Shown: positions 35,518-48,091, numbered from the whole stretch's first letter. The stretch is DNA of 56,602 nucleotides, filler included, from an uncultured virus (IMG/VR IMGVR_UViG_2061766007_001428) (16 parts of one record of this genome joined end to end with filler, not necessarily neighbours in it), one strand, 5' to 3'. The notes: generated by a model not told the origin, from the letters alone. A program made the numbers and translations.

Positions 35518-36015
35518 CTAAGAATGAATATATCCGTTGACGCAATATTTAAAATTAGCGTAACATTCTTCAAGTGTGTCAAATGCAGTAACATTTGCAA
35601 ACATAGCGTGAAATCCGTCTAATTCGGTATTATAGTTATGTTCTTTCATAAATTTTGTAAAACACTTTAATAATCTTTTAAGGTATTTCTTTTTACCTTC
35701 TCTATTCGGAAAAGAATAAATATATTCCACATTCCAAGAATAAGTCCTGTTATGTTTATCATAGATAACATCAAGGTCATTCATTGTTAGCAAGTTGGGT
35801 CTATTTGATGTTAAATCATCATAAGAGATAACTCCAAATATATATTTTATANNNNNNNNNNNNNNNNNNNNNNNNNNNNNNNNNNNNNNNNNNNNNNNNN
35901 NNNNNNNNNNNNNNNNNNNNNNNNNNNNNNNNNNNTTACTAAAGATTGCTTTATGACACGCTTTTTTATTATTTTTATATTTACATAATATACATTCAAA
36001 TTTCATTTTAATCAC
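35518..36015 (-). CDS. Hypothetical protein(s), gap inside
   Basis: Open frame in operon orientation. Confidence 0.45.
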   Translation of the reverse strand: MIKMKFECILCKYKNNKKACHKAIFSXXXXXXXXXXXXXXXXXXXXXXXXXXXXXIKYIFGVISYDDLTSNRPNLLTMNDLDVIYDKHNRTYSWNVEYIYSFPNREGKKKYLKRLLKCFTKFMKEHNYNTELDGFHAMFANVTAFDTLEECYANFKYCVNGYIHS

Positions 36016-36479
36016 TTCCCATAATATTGTGCGCCTATTTTAATTGGATTTTTCCCGATAGGTCTGTTATTAAATTTCATACTATCCATTTCTAATACAT
36101 TTGTCTGTCCGTTTAATACCATACTAATACAAGCATAAGTATCTTCGGTAGGTGTTGCTTTAGAGATATTCCTGTTTTTCCAAGTGCTAAATTGCCCCTT
36201 CTGTGATAGCACTTCTTCTAATGTGTTAGGGTATCTCGTATCTGCCATTCTATTAAAGATGGTTTCAATAGTAGCGTATTTACTTTCGTGAATATCGTGT
36301 CCACATTCTAATTGAACAATTCTACCAAGAAGGTCAACTTCTTCCATTGTTAGCATAATTCCCCATCTATTAGCAGGAATTATCGCACCATCTTCTGCCT
36401 TTACATTTGTAGTGAAAAAAGTTACGAAAAGTAAAGATGAAACTATTAGTATCTTAGTCAGCATTTTCATTGTTTTCAT
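36012..36479 (-). CDS. SleB-like cell wall hydrolase (Hydrolase_2) with signal peptide
   Basis: LLGRIVQLE, NR...YPNTLEEVLSQKGQFS and IGAQYY motifs; hydrophobic N-terminus. Confidence 0.85.
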   Translation of the reverse strand: MKTMKMLTKILIVSSLLFVTFFTTNVKAEDGAIIPANRWGIMLTMEEVDLLGRIVQLECGHDIHESKYATIETIFNRMADTRYPNTLEEVLSQKGQFSTWKNRNISKATPTEDTYACISMVLNGQTNVLEMDSMKFNNRPIGKNPIKIGAQYYGK

Positions 36480-38638
36480 TATTATCACCCCTTAATAAGT
36501 CTTTTAACCAAGTATTTCTTCGGTCTACAACATCAATAAGTAAACTTTCTGTAAATGCTTTTTTGTTCCCTATGTCACAATGAAACTCTTTTGCTCTAGT
36601 TACGGCTACATATAATAACTGTTTTGAGAGTAAACGTGAGTGCATTTCGCTTACTACGTTTATTACTGCTTTCCACTCTCCACCTTGACTACGGTGTGTC
36701 GAAATAGCCCTTGCAAGTAATAAGGTATTAAGTTTAGGCTTTTGAATTACTATTAGTTCTTCATCAAACTGACATACTAAATACTTTTCCTGTACTTCTC
36801 TCACAACGCCAATTTGACCATTGAACAACTGTGTTAAAGGTACATCTTCTTCGGTAAGGATGCCGTTAGAATCGTTAATCATATTCCAACTTTCTAAAGG
36901 CAAAGCCTTATAATCGTTTTTAGTATTAACAACACGGCTACCTTTTCTNNNNNNNNNNNNNNNNNNTTTGGGTGCATTGTATTCATTTTCAATATATTCA
37001 TTTATTCTATAAGTACCACAATCGCCTTTATTATAAGGTGAAAGAATAATTATTTCATCTTCTTTGTATTTCTTTACAAGACGTTCATATTCTTTAATAA
37101 TCTCTTCAAAGATTTCTTCACTTTCTACAAACTTGTAGTTCCCCGATATAGTAAGGATATTTTCTTTTTCTTTTACTCTATCACTATCAAAGAAATTCTT
37201 TCCCTGTCTTACATTCTCACCTACAAAAGCACCACCACTTGTATCATATCTGAATACTTTTGTAAGTTCTGCGGTAGGCACTTTATGACTTTCAATAAGG
37301 TCGCTAAATACACAACCCTTTGAAATACTCGGTAATTGGTACATATCACCACAAAGTACAAACTTGGCATTAGGATTTGTAACACAGTTAAGCATCATTA
37401 CAAATACGTCTAATCCGACCATTGACATTTCATCAATAATAATAACGTCTGAATAAATCTCTTGGTCTTTAAGACACTTTCTATGAATCGTACTAGCCTT
37501 GCGTCCTGTTTGATTAGAAAGCCTTAAAGCCGCCGCCCCTGTAGGTGCAAGAAGGGAATATGAAAGTCCATTATCTTCCATAAGTTTAACAAGTGCCTTA
37601 ACTGAACTTGTTTTACCCGAACCTGCTTTACCTGCAAGAATGGCTATATCATATTCACAAACGCTACTTAAAAGACTACTCTGCTCTTCTGTAAGTTCAA
37701 AACCATCTACATTTGTGTATTTATGCCAATCTATATCTAACTTGTGTGGATTATTAACCTTTTCATCTACAAGGTTAGAAATCATACATTCCCCATTGTA
37801 TGTTTCTGCTATTGCCACCCTATGAGTTTCTTCATCGTAGAAGAATAATTCGCTTGTTTTAACAACAGGAACAATTAAATCCTGTAAATCTTTAGCAATA
37901 GTGTATTCGTTAAGAATATAGAAATAAAGGTCATTAGCATCTGTATAAGTATCACCTTCATTTTCGCTTTGGTCGAGTACACTAAGTACAAGATATGCAC
38001 AACGTTCTTCTGTATGCTTTAATTCGGGTCTAATGTTCATAAGGAGTTTGTCAGATACTTCAAACGACCTTTTTAAGACCGATATAAGCACCATATAAGG
38101 CNNNNNNNNNNNNNNNNGTTGTTGCTTCATCACAGAAAACGCTTAAAAGAGCCTTACAATCGGTTGTATTAACCTCGTAATCTTTAAGGTTCTGTACCAT
38201 AGAATAATATTTATATCTCTCGGTAAGAGTTCTTGCATATGAATTAAGATATGCCGTACCTACACCGTGAATTAAAGACAGGTCGATGCTTNNNNNNNNN
38301 NNNNNNNNNNNNNNNNNNNNCTTTTCGCTTGACGTACAATCCATAAGGATTTCAAATGATTCCTGTTCTGTAAGATTCTTAATGTCTATATCTGTCATAG
38401 ATGGTACACTAATAATACGCACACAACTACCAAATCTAGGGTCACACGATATTTCTTCAACTTCAAGTTCATACTCTTTACCTTCTACAAGGTAAGAATC
38501 TTCCCCTTTACTTGAAAACGTAAAGTATGAAGAAAGTTTAAGATTTCCGAAATCCCCGATTGGCGACCAATTAATAATACAGAAATCCCCGTTCTTGAAA
38601 TTACATTTAAGATATTTTGCTCTAACTTTCATTGACAT
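36454..38638 (-). CDS. RecD2-like SF1B helicase (split by gaps)
   Basis: GKAGSGKT, LAPTGAAA, IIDEMSM, GDMYQLPS, HRSQGGE, LYVAVTRAK. Confidence 0.9.
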
Positions 38639-38669
38639 AAAAAACAACCGCCTTTCATCTGATAGGTAT

Positions 38670-38698
38670 ATTATACCATAATGAAAGGCGATTGTCAA
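38670..38698 (-). promoter_or_regulatory. Consensus sigma-A promoter nested in an inverted repeat
   Basis: TTGACA-17-TATAAT with TG extension. Confidence 0.85.
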
Positions 38699-38790
38699 GT
38701 CCTTATCTGAAAATTAACAACACAATAAACTAAAAAGTATAAAAGTAAAAAGTATATCTAATATTATTACACAAAATTGCAATTTTGTCA

Positions 38791-39352
38791 TTAATATCCA
38801 TACTCCTGCGACCAATAATATGTGCCATCTTCTTCGTATATTGATATTGCANNNNNNNNNNNNNNNNNNNNNNNNNNNNNNNNNNNTATGTGTCGGGCTA
38901 TCCATCCAAGCGTCTACTACATCTCCTGCATTATCAAAACCATATGCTAAATTTTCTCCACCTTGTATTTTACTATTAACTGTGTACCATTGTTTACCAT
39001 TTGGTCTTGTGTGAGAGAAGTTTTCAGATATTTCACTAGCACGAACATCGGCTACAGATTCAAGGTTAGCATCNNNNNNNNNNNNNNNNNNNNNNNNNNN
39101 NNNNNNNNNNNNNNNNNNNNNNNNNNNNNNNNNNNNNNNNNNNNTATCGCTTGAAGATTCAGATAAAGCAATAGCCTCATCATCAAAAGAATATGGTTCT
39201 TGAATTACATCTGCCACCGTTCTAAATGCTTTTGTTTTATCTATGCCCGAACTAGCACCAAAATTAAGTATAATCATAAGTGTTAATAACAGGACAAAGA
39301 TTAAAAGCGTAATACCAACATCTCTTAACTTTAATAATTGTGCCTTGTTCAT
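38791..39352 (-). CDS. Membrane-anchored CAP/SCP domain protein
   Basis: FSHTRPNG, GENLAYG and WMDSPTH. The true end YYWSQEYGY* lies in another frame after the gap. Confidence 0.85.
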
Positions 39353-39354
39353 AA

Positions 39355-40650
39355 TTAATCCTCCTTAAAACTTTTAATAATGCTAAAGTTTTTTAATACT
39401 TCTTCCTTTTCTTCCGATTTAGTCCATTCGCCATCTACTTGTCTGCGCTTAAATTGCGTGTTAAACACAACTTTAATTATATCNNNNNNNNNNNNNNNNN
39501 GCGTAAGAATATTTGTTAATCTTTCTTTGATAATATTCTCCGTATTTAGGACTATAAAGTGTAGCAAATTTATTTCCATATTTGTTAGTTTCTACGTTTC
39601 CTACGATAAGAATATTCTCATCAATACTTTTATCGACATAATCTGTATGACCTAAAATACCCATTTCGTTTGACATACGTTCAATATTANNNNNNNNNNG
39701 TATTCGTTACGTTTATTTAAAGGTATATTATCCCTATCCATTACTTTATCAAAATTATCATTAAGATAATCTACTAATATTTGATATTTTTCTTCATCTG
39801 TTTTATTAGGATAAATAGTAGGCATTTTAATATCAGTATTAATATCTATGTTTTCAATTTCATCAAAAATAAGAGTATTATCAATAGCCTTAATTATTTG
39901 TTCTTCTGAAAGTATACCTTGTGTAATAAATCTTTCAACCATAGTATCATAATCGGGATAATCTAATACAAAACTATCTTCATCATCATATGTAATACCC
40001 TTACCTTTAAGTAATTCAAGTCTTTCAATAGATTGTTCGGGATAAATATAATGTGAATCATTAGCGGCTATAAGTTCAAGTCCATATCGTACTTGACACC
40101 AAATAGCCTTTTCGTTAATTTCTTTTTGAATATCAAAGTTATGATTTTGCACTTCAAGAAAAACATTTTTACCAAAATGTTCTACAAGTGGTAAAAATAT
40201 TTCATTATAACTATCACTATCTTTTAATAAACCTGCAACACAAGCAGTTGTAATATATATTTCATCTTTTCCAATTTTAAGTAAATCATCTAAAAACAAA
40301 CGTGGTTTATAATAATACCCTTCTGTGTTTGCATGAGAACTAGCAAGGTTTAATTTCTTCCTTGCTACATTAGTTTTCGGTATTAAAATTATATGATAAT
40401 TACGTGGGTCTTTTTCTAACGGATTAGGTACAATATAACCTTCTATTCCAAATTTAACATTTAATCCATTAGCGTCTGCAAATTGTTTTGCTTCAAATAT
40501 ATCTCCACCACTACCGTGATTGGTTGTCCATACATTAGTTTCACCCAATTCCAAAGCACGATTTACATAATCAATAAAATGTGCGTTTGTATCGGGTGTA
40601 AATATATTGCTTATATGGTCATGCTTATGATAATTATTATATCTTTTCAT
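39355..40650 (-). CDS. dnaE: Second DNA polymerase III alpha-like gene (PHP domain plus probable C-terminal piece; middle absent at a short gap)
   Basis: HKHD, TNHG, GIEGY, YYYKPR, LEVQNH and ANDSHY PHP motifs. Confidence 0.75.
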
Positions 40651-40672
40651 TGTTTTCTATAAATTCCTTAAT

Positions 40673-41086
40673 TTATATATAAAAATTTCTTATTATATTA
40701 TTCCATTCTTCTTTAGGTATTCCACCACAATCATATTTTTCTTGTAAATTATATAAACATTGTTTTAAGTATCTAGTATTATGCCAATCTTTAAATATTT
40801 TATTTTCAACAACTCTGATATCAATTTCAAAGTCTATATAGTCTTGTAATTTTTTAATTGTTGTGGTGCTAACTGTATAATTACGATTACATATCATTTC
40901 ATATATAACCATATTACAGTATATTCTAAATTCAGATAAGTCATAATCCATAATTTTATTTACAAGAATATGATTTGGAGTTCCCTTTTCATATATAGAT
41001 TTAGATATTGCAACACATTCACGTAACTGTGCAACGAGCCTTTGTTTATCAAGATATGGTATAAGTTTGTAATGCCAAAGACGCAT
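40673..41086 (-). CDS. Pyrimidine-dimer DNA glycosylase (T4 endonuclease V family)
   Basis: MRLWH..LIP.L..Q.LVAQ.RE N-terminal signature. Confidence 0.75.
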   Translation of the reverse strand: MRLWHYKLIPYLDKQRLVAQLRECVAISKSIYEKGTPNHILVNKIMDYDLSEFRIYCNMVIYEMICNRNYTVSTTTIKKLQDYIDFEIDIRVVENKIFKDWHNTRYLKQCLYNLQEKYDCGGIPKEEWNNIIRNFYI

Positions 41087-41101
41087 ATGTTCTCCTTTTA
41101 T

Positions 41102-41866
41102 TTATTCAACATTTTCAAAATGATAATTATGAAAATGTTTTAATTCTCCTCTACATACTTTTGAAATAGAACTGTTGTCTATTCCCATTTGTCGCCCACA
41201 TTCAGAATAAGACCTATATATAATTCCTGTTTCAATACATCTAACCTTTATATTAGTTGGATGATTTCTATATTTTTCTCTTGTTTCTTCTGATATAGTT
41301 TTACCCCACATAGGATTTTTATTCCCTACTTTTTGTTCACTTAATTTCTTTTTAGTTTCTTCTGACCTCTTTTTCCCTGTTAGTTTATTAATTATTTTTT
41401 CTCTTGTTTCTTTATTTTCCCACATTTTTTTAGTTCTTTCAGATTGTTCTTTTTTATATTCTTCACGATGTAAATGATTTAATATTTTATTTTTATATGT
41501 ATCTGTTAACCAAAGTTCTTTCATTTTTTTACTTCGATTTTCTTTCATTTCTTTAGTGTATATTCTACAATCTCCTCCTAATAAATCATTATATCCATAT
41601 TTATTATTTGTTGTATTATATTTTTTTATATATTCTATTTCTAATTTATTTGCTTCTTCAAGACTTAAATTATCTTTTATTATATCGTGATTAAAGTTTT
41701 CCCATCCGTATTTTTTAATTGCACTATAAAAATGTGGACTACCTTCATAACCTAAACCATTTTTCCATCTTTTTTCGGGTGGATGTTGGCAAGTAATTCC
41801 TATATAAATTTTATTATTTATTTTATTAGTGTGTTTATATAATATCCAAGTTTTTATGATAATCAC
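41102..41866 (-). CDS. GIY-YIG homing endonuclease with NUMOD3/NUMOD1-like DNA-binding modules
   Basis: ILYKHTN...YIGIT, GYN, GKKRSEETKKKLSE, NPMWGK and ISKVCRG. Confidence 0.9.
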   Translation of the reverse strand: MIIIKTWILYKHTNKINNKIYIGITCQHPPEKRWKNGLGYEGSPHFYSAIKKYGWENFNHDIIKDNLSLEEANKLEIEYIKKYNTTNNKYGYNDLLGGDCRIYTKEMKENRSKKMKELWLTDTYKNKILNHLHREEYKKEQSERTKKMWENKETREKIINKLTGKKRSEETKKKLSEQKVGNKNPMWGKTISEETREKYRNHPTNIKVRCIETGIIYRSYSECGRQMGIDNSSISKVCRGELKHFHNYHFENVE

Positions 41867-41889
41867 CTGCTTTCAAAATTGATGATTAT

Positions 41890-41918
41890 ATTATATCATA
41901 TCAATTATTATTTGTCAA
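41890..41918 (-). promoter_or_regulatory. Consensus sigma-A promoter
   Basis: TTGACA-17-TATAAT with TG extension. Confidence 0.85.
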
Positions 41919-41922
41919 GGTA

Positions 41923-42150
41923 TTATTTTAATAATCCTTTATATTCTCCTAATAATTCTATTGCTCTAATCATAGCCATTTGATTAGCAAATCTTTCATA
42001 GTTATCTTCTGTACCATCATGATTATATGAATAGTCGGGTAAATAACCTCTTTTTATCCAACCTAATCTTTCTATTACGTCACTAATTCCCATATTTCTA
42101 GCACGTTCATAATCTTCTTCTTCATATTCTGTTACTGTATATGTTCTCAT
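41923..42150 (-). CDS. Hypothetical protein
   Basis: AAGGAG RBS before MRTYTV. Confidence 0.55.
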   Translation of the reverse strand: MRTYTVTEYEEEDYERARNMGISDVIERLGWIKRGYLPDYSYNHDGTEDNYERFANQMAMIRAIELLGEYKGLLK

Positions 42151-42803
42151 TTGTTTTCTCCTTATCTTCTTTCTCACATATCCCACTAATATACATAGTA
42201 TCTTTAAAATATATTTTAACTTCTTCCCCTATTTGCCATTCGGGAACTTTTATTCTTATAATTGCATCTACATAATTATTCATATTATACCTCATACACT
42301 AGCCCTAATTTGAATAACCTTTTTCCAATAAGGTTCATACTCTTTTAATTTATTTTCTATCATTTCATCAAACTCATAATTNNNNNNNNNNNNNNNNNNN
42401 NNNNNTTCTATACTATTGACAGTTGTATATTTTCTATCCATTACACACTAGCCCTTATCTGAATAACTTTTCTCCAATACGGTTCATACTCTTTTAATTT
42501 ATTTTCTATCATTTCATCAAACTCATAATTNNNNNNNNNNATCATCTACATCTTGTTCACAATCAAGTATTTCACCTATACCAAATCTAATTTCGGGTGC
42601 ATACCANNNNNNNNNNATCAAGTTTCTCATATTCTTCATCATCTTCATATTTGTTATACATATCTTCTTCAAACTCATCACGGTCAATATAAGTTTTCTC
42701 TTCGTCTATATCTTGTTCACAATCAAGTATTTCACCTATACCAAATCTTATTTCGGGTGCATACCACCAACCATAATCATAATCAGCAACAANNNNNNNN
42801 NNA

Positions 42804-45238
42804 ATTATCACCACAATTATTTCCTATACCTTTAATTGAACCTATACCTTTATATATTATCTTATTTTCGGCATCGCATCCATATTCACTTGTTGAAAAT
42901 CTAAATATTGGAGATTTAATCTTAATTCCTTTATTCTGCGCAAGAATTGTTCCGTTAGATATATCTTCATCATTCTTGGCACAATTAAGNNNNNNNNNNN
43001 NNNNNNNNNNNNNNNNNNNNNNNNNNNNNNNNNNNNNNNACGTAACCCAACATAGCATATGATTCAGCGTGATTAAAGTTAAATGAATATCCACTTGCAT
43101 CTTCAATAACTTTAAGGAATTGTTTTGCTTCTTCCATCGCTATTTCTTTAGGCTTATCTGATTTATTACAATACCCTTCAAGGATTTGTGGTAATGCCTT
43201 ATCTATTTTGTCTTTTTGCTTTTTACCTATCGCTCTACGGATATTATCGGCNNNNNNNNNNNNNNNNNNNNNNNNNNNNNNNNNNNNNNNNNNNNNNNNN
43301 NNNNNNNNNNNNNNATCAGATAATAAATCGTCTATGATTTTACTTGGGTTCTTATTCCATTGTCTATTATAAACCTGCTCACGATAACTTTCACCACTAG
43401 GTCTAAGACAAGCAGAACATAAACAAACATCATCTACACTCATTGGGTGCATTTTCTTAATAGATTGTTTTGCAAAGTCTGACTCAAATTGGAATATAGC
43501 CGTACTATCTTCGGTTATATCTTCAAATACATCCTTATCTTCCCAATCTACTTCATATGCTTTCGGGAAATGAGTGCCTATAAGTTTACACGTTTTATCT
43601 ATAACACCTACTGATTTAAGTCCAAGAATATCAAACTTAATTAGTCCTAATTCGTGACACTCATCCATATCAATAGGCAAAATCTGTTGATTATCAGCAC
43701 CATAAAACATACCGTAATTATCAGCAAGTGTTACAGGACTAACTATCAGACCTGCAGGATGTTGGGATTGTGATACTACACATCCACATAACCCATCGTA
43801 ATAATAAAACAAATCTGAATATCTCTTTTTTGTTGCTTCGGGATTAGCCTCGTATTCCTTTTTAATCTCTTTAATTCTATCAAGTGTATATTCAGTTTCG
43901 TTATTTGTTTTAACCCTAAAAGCCTTACCGATTGTATCAATAACGGCTTTATCTGCTAATGTTCCTACGGCAAGGATATATGAAGTATTTGGTACTCCAA
44001 AACGATTTATGATATAATCATAAACCTTTGGTCTATCATCTTCGTACCAATCCGTATCAATATCTCCTGCTTCTACTCTATATTCGTTAGCAAAACGAGA
44101 AAATACCGTATGCCACTTAATAGGGTCAATATCTGTTATATCTGATATGTACGCAACTGTNNNNNNNNNNNNNNNNNNNNNNNNNNNNNNNNNNNNNNNN
44201 NTATATTATTGTCTTTAGCCCACGACATAATCTCCGACATTAAGAGCATAAAACCAATCATATTGATTTTCTTAAATACTCTCATTTCTTCGTTGATGTT
44301 TTCCCAATATTTAGGATTATCTTCGATTTCGCCACGAGCGACTTTTTCATTATATTTTCTTTTTAAGGTTTCCCATAAAACCTTTTCATCATCTTCTCCG
44401 TAGAGAATAGGATATTTGTCTGACCTGTCAAANNNNNNNNNNNNNNNNNNNNNNTTTCAATGGCAGTTAAAACAACATCCATAGGTAATGAATCTTGTAT
44501 TCTAAATGCTTCTACAAGTTCATCATAACTCTTATATGTTAAATCACATTCATTTTCTTCGTCACCCCATACACCATCGGTTTTACCGTATTGTAAAATT
44601 GTTCTACATTCAGCCTTATAATTATCAAGTGAGTGCGTATCAGTAGCGGATATAAGGGGTTTATTATAAGAGATAGACATATCGTAAAGGAAACGGTTAT
44701 AATCTATCTGCTCTTGCATATTATGATATTGTATTTCGTAGTAATCGTATTTTTCTAAAAGTGAAATATATTTTAATCTGCGNNNNNNNNNNNNNNNNNN
44801 NNNNNNNNNNTACTCTTATGGAACTTATTTAATGGCGATTGAACACAGGCAGATATTTTAATTATATTATCACTAATTGCTAAGAACTCATCAAAACTTA
44901 ATCTTGGCTTGTAATAAAAATGGTCTTTTTGCGTAGAAAGAAAGAACAGTTTATTAAGTTCCTTAAACCCTTCTTTGTTTTTAGCAATTAGAATAGTGTG
45001 GTAATTATCTCTGATACTTTCATCAAAAGTTTCAGTAAGATATACCTCTATCCCGTGTAGGTATTTAATGCCCTTTTCTTTACAATAGAGCCACTTTGAA
45101 ACCCAATTATATATGNNNNNNNNNNNNNNNNNNNNNNNNNNNNNNNNNNNCACAACGGTCTATATATGACTTGTAATCAGTACAGGAATCTAATAATGAA
45201 TCCTGTGTATGTAAATGATAACAAACATAATTAGACAT
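42804..45238 (-). CDS. dnaE: DNA polymerase III alpha subunit (C family), 3' part missing
   Basis: HLHT..S.LDS, ATDTH, catalytic DIDTD, SQHPAG, KFDILGL, FQFES, YSFN.NHA..YA. Confidence 0.95.
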
Positions 45239-45349
45239 TTTAACACCTCCCTTCAATTCTTATATGCNNNNNNNNNNNNNNNNNNNNNNNNNNNNNNNNN
45301 NNNNNNNNNNNNNNNNNNNNNNNNNNNNNNNNNNNNNNNNNNNNNNNNN

Positions 45350-45528
45350 TTACCATTAACCATTATTCGAGCAATATATTTGCCTTTTGTTTGGGCTTCT
45401 GCTACACCTTTAATACCTAATGTACTATTAATATTTGCTTTTCTGTTTATCTGATTAGTTTGTTGTGTAGCAATTCTTAAATTTTTCTTTCTATTGTCAT
45501 TTCGACAATTATTAATATGGTCTATTAT
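45350..45528 (-). CDS. HNH-AP2 homing endonuclease fragment
   Basis: Manual translation gives IIDHINNCRNDNRKKNLRIAT...GIKGV...KYIARIMVNG. Confidence 0.75.
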
Positions 45529-46314
45529 NNNNNNNNNNNNNNNNNNNNNNNNNNNNNNNNNNNNNNNNNNNNNNNNNNNNNNNNNNNNNNNNNNNNNNNN
45601 NNNNNNNNNNNNNNNNNNNNNNNNNNNNNNNNNNNNNNNNNNNNNNNNNNNNNNNNNNNNNNNNNNNNNNNNNNNNNNNNNNNNNNNNNNNNNNNNNNNN
45701 NNNNNNNNNNNNNNNNNNNNNNNNNNNNNNNNNNNNNNNNNNNNNNNNNNNNNNNNNNNNNNNNNNNNNNNNNNNNNNNNNNNNNNNNNNNNNNNNNNNN
45801 NNNNNNNNNNNNNNNNNNNNNNNNNNNNNNNNNNNNNNNNNNNNNNNNNNNNNNNNNNNNNNNNNNNNNNNNNNNNNNNNNNNNNNNNNNNNNNNNNNNN
45901 NNNNNNNNNNNNNNNNNNNNNNNNNNNNNNNNNNNNNNNNNNNNNNNNNNNNNNNNNNNNNNNNNNNNNNNNNNNNNNNNNNNNNNNNNNNNNNNNNNNN
46001 NNNNNNNNNNNNNNNNNNNNNNNNNNNNNNNNNNNNNNNNNNNNNNNNNNNNNNNNNNNNNNNNNNNNNNNNNNNNNNNNNNNNNNNNNNNNNNNNNNNN
46101 NNNNNNNNNNNNNNNNNNNNNNNNNNNNNNNNNNNNNNNNNNNNNNNNNNNNNNNNNNNNNNNNNNNNNNNNNNNNNNNNNNNNNNNNNNNNNNNNNNNN
46201 NNNNNNNNNNNNNNNNNNNNNNNNNNNNNNNNNNNNNNNNNNNNNNNNNNNNNNNNNNNNNNNNNNNNNNNNNNNNNNNNNNNNNNNNNNNNNNNNNNNN
46301 NNNNNNNNNNNNNA

Positions 46315-47351
46315 TCTTCAAGACGCTTCTTATAGTTGTTATCAAGAATAACCTCACGCTCTTCAAGTGCTTTCTTAATAATCTCGGTATCGTATTGGTC
46401 GGCATCTTCAATAATATCTCCTGCCTTGACCGTCCACTCAATACGTGTGAATCCCGACTTAACTGACTTAGCACCACCACCGAATGTCTTTTTAGCGGTT
46501 GAAGCGGTTTGTACTGCGCCAAAGGAATGACCCTCAATATCACCACTAAGTTTTACAGTATCGCCAAGTTTGCAGAACGAATCATTGTCGTTAGGCACAT
46601 AGAACATATCCTTTGTAATCTCGACTTCTTCACCATCAATTACGTTTGTCCACTTCTCAAGCATAATGAGGTTGAATATATCTACTCCAAAGTAATTAGG
46701 AACTACGAGGTCGATAATGTACCTGCCTGTTGTGCCACCATTACTATCAAGTTCATCCACAATATCCTTAACAACACCCTCAACAGTAAACCTAGCACTA
46801 TCTTCATCTGATACACCGCTTGTTGAAATATATGAAACAGGAAGTTCATTATAGAACGCAAGGTCTGATTGGTCACGGTTAAGCCCTTCCTGTAAACCTA
46901 ACTTAGACGTTATCTTAACTCTTGTCGGCTCACCCGACTTTCTAACAGTTTCGGTATTAACCACGTTCTTATTAACATCAACGAATGTAATCTTACCTTC
47001 AATCTTAGGAATAAGACCTTCGCCTGTCTTGGTATATGTAAGTTTCTTTGCAGTTGTATCAAACTCTACATCGTAACCAAGTGCGGTCATAATACCCTTG
47101 AAAATCTTGTTCTCGTCACCATTCTTCTTATGACGAATAGTATCAAGGTATCTGAATGTGTGCTTTACGGGATTGCCATTAACTTCAACAATCATCGAGC
47201 CACCAATCCAAGCACTATTAATCTTCTTAGGCTCTCCGTCAATCTCACACTCTCTTACACAATCCGCAACTCTAATATCAAACTCTGATACTGTACCTAC
47301 GGTTACTTCATTATTTTCTGCCTGTCTAACTTCTACATCATTAATTGTCAT
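46315..47351 (-). CDS. Putative OB-fold single-stranded DNA-binding protein
   Basis: Beta-rich tandem domains (RFTVEGVV, GDTVKLSGDI), highly expressed codon usage, located between the Sak4-like gene and dnaE. Confidence 0.55.
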
Positions 47352-47581
47352 AATAGTTTTCTCCTTTAATTAGTTTTCTTCTGTCGTTTCTTCATCTTCA
47401 AAAGGTAATTCTAAATCTTCTTCTGTTTCTTCGGCAGTTTCTTCTTCGGATTCTTCACTAAGAGCAAATACACAATCCATACACATAGCCTTACCGTATG
47501 TTTCTTTAGACTTTGCTACAATCTCTTCTGCGCTCATTGTAGTTCCATCTTCAAATGTATANNNNNNNNNNATTTTCTCCT

Positions 47582-48091
47582 TTAATTATTCGTGTCGTTA
47601 TCAAATTCTAACTCTAAATTCATATTTTCTTCTTCTGCTTTTTCAATCTCTTCTTCGGCAGTTTCTTCTTCGGCTTCTTCACTAAGAGCAAATACACAAT
47701 CCATACACATAGCCTTGCCATATGTTTCCTTAGATTTTGCTACAATCTCTTCTGCGCTCATTGTAGTTCCATCTTCAAATGTATATGCCTTAATCTTCTT
47801 GCCACACTCTTCGCAAGTGTAAATAGTAGGTTCTACACCATCATTCATCCACTCTCTTAACTGTCTGCCAAGTTCGGGTGTAATTCTACCATAGAAACCT
47901 TGAGCATCAAGGAATGTATTATCCTTAATAATTGTTGCATTATGCGTGTCTTTATCACAATCCATAACAAGCATAAACTCATACTCAAAGTCATCTCTCT
48001 GTACAGGTGCAAGACCTAACTTTTTAACTGTACTCTTGCCTGTTTCGGGGTCTTTCTCTTGTACATATTCAGACTTCGACCTAAGTGTTAC
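47582..48091 (-). CDS. Sak4/AAA_24-like ATPase C-terminal part with Zn finger (variant copies flank it)
   Basis: TLRSK.EY, KLGLAPVQRDDFEYEF and CEEC...CMDC. Confidence 0.7.
   Translation of the reverse strand, partial: VTLRSKSEYVQEKDPETGKSTVKKLGLAPVQRDDFEYEFMLVMDCDKDTHNATIIKDNTFLDAQGFYGRITPELGRQLREWMNDGVEPTIYTCEECGKKIKAYTFEDGTTMSAEEIVAKSKETYGKAMCMDCVFALSEEAEEETAEEEIEKAEEENMNLELEFDNDTNN

Noticed and set aside
42290..42770. Duplicated gene ends (NYEFDEMIENKLKEYEPYW.KVIQIRASV twice; APEIRFGIGEILDCEQD twice) as a shufflon or repeat array
   Set aside because: Each copy is bounded by N gaps and no recombinase or inverted sites are seen. Probably allelic assembly bubbles.
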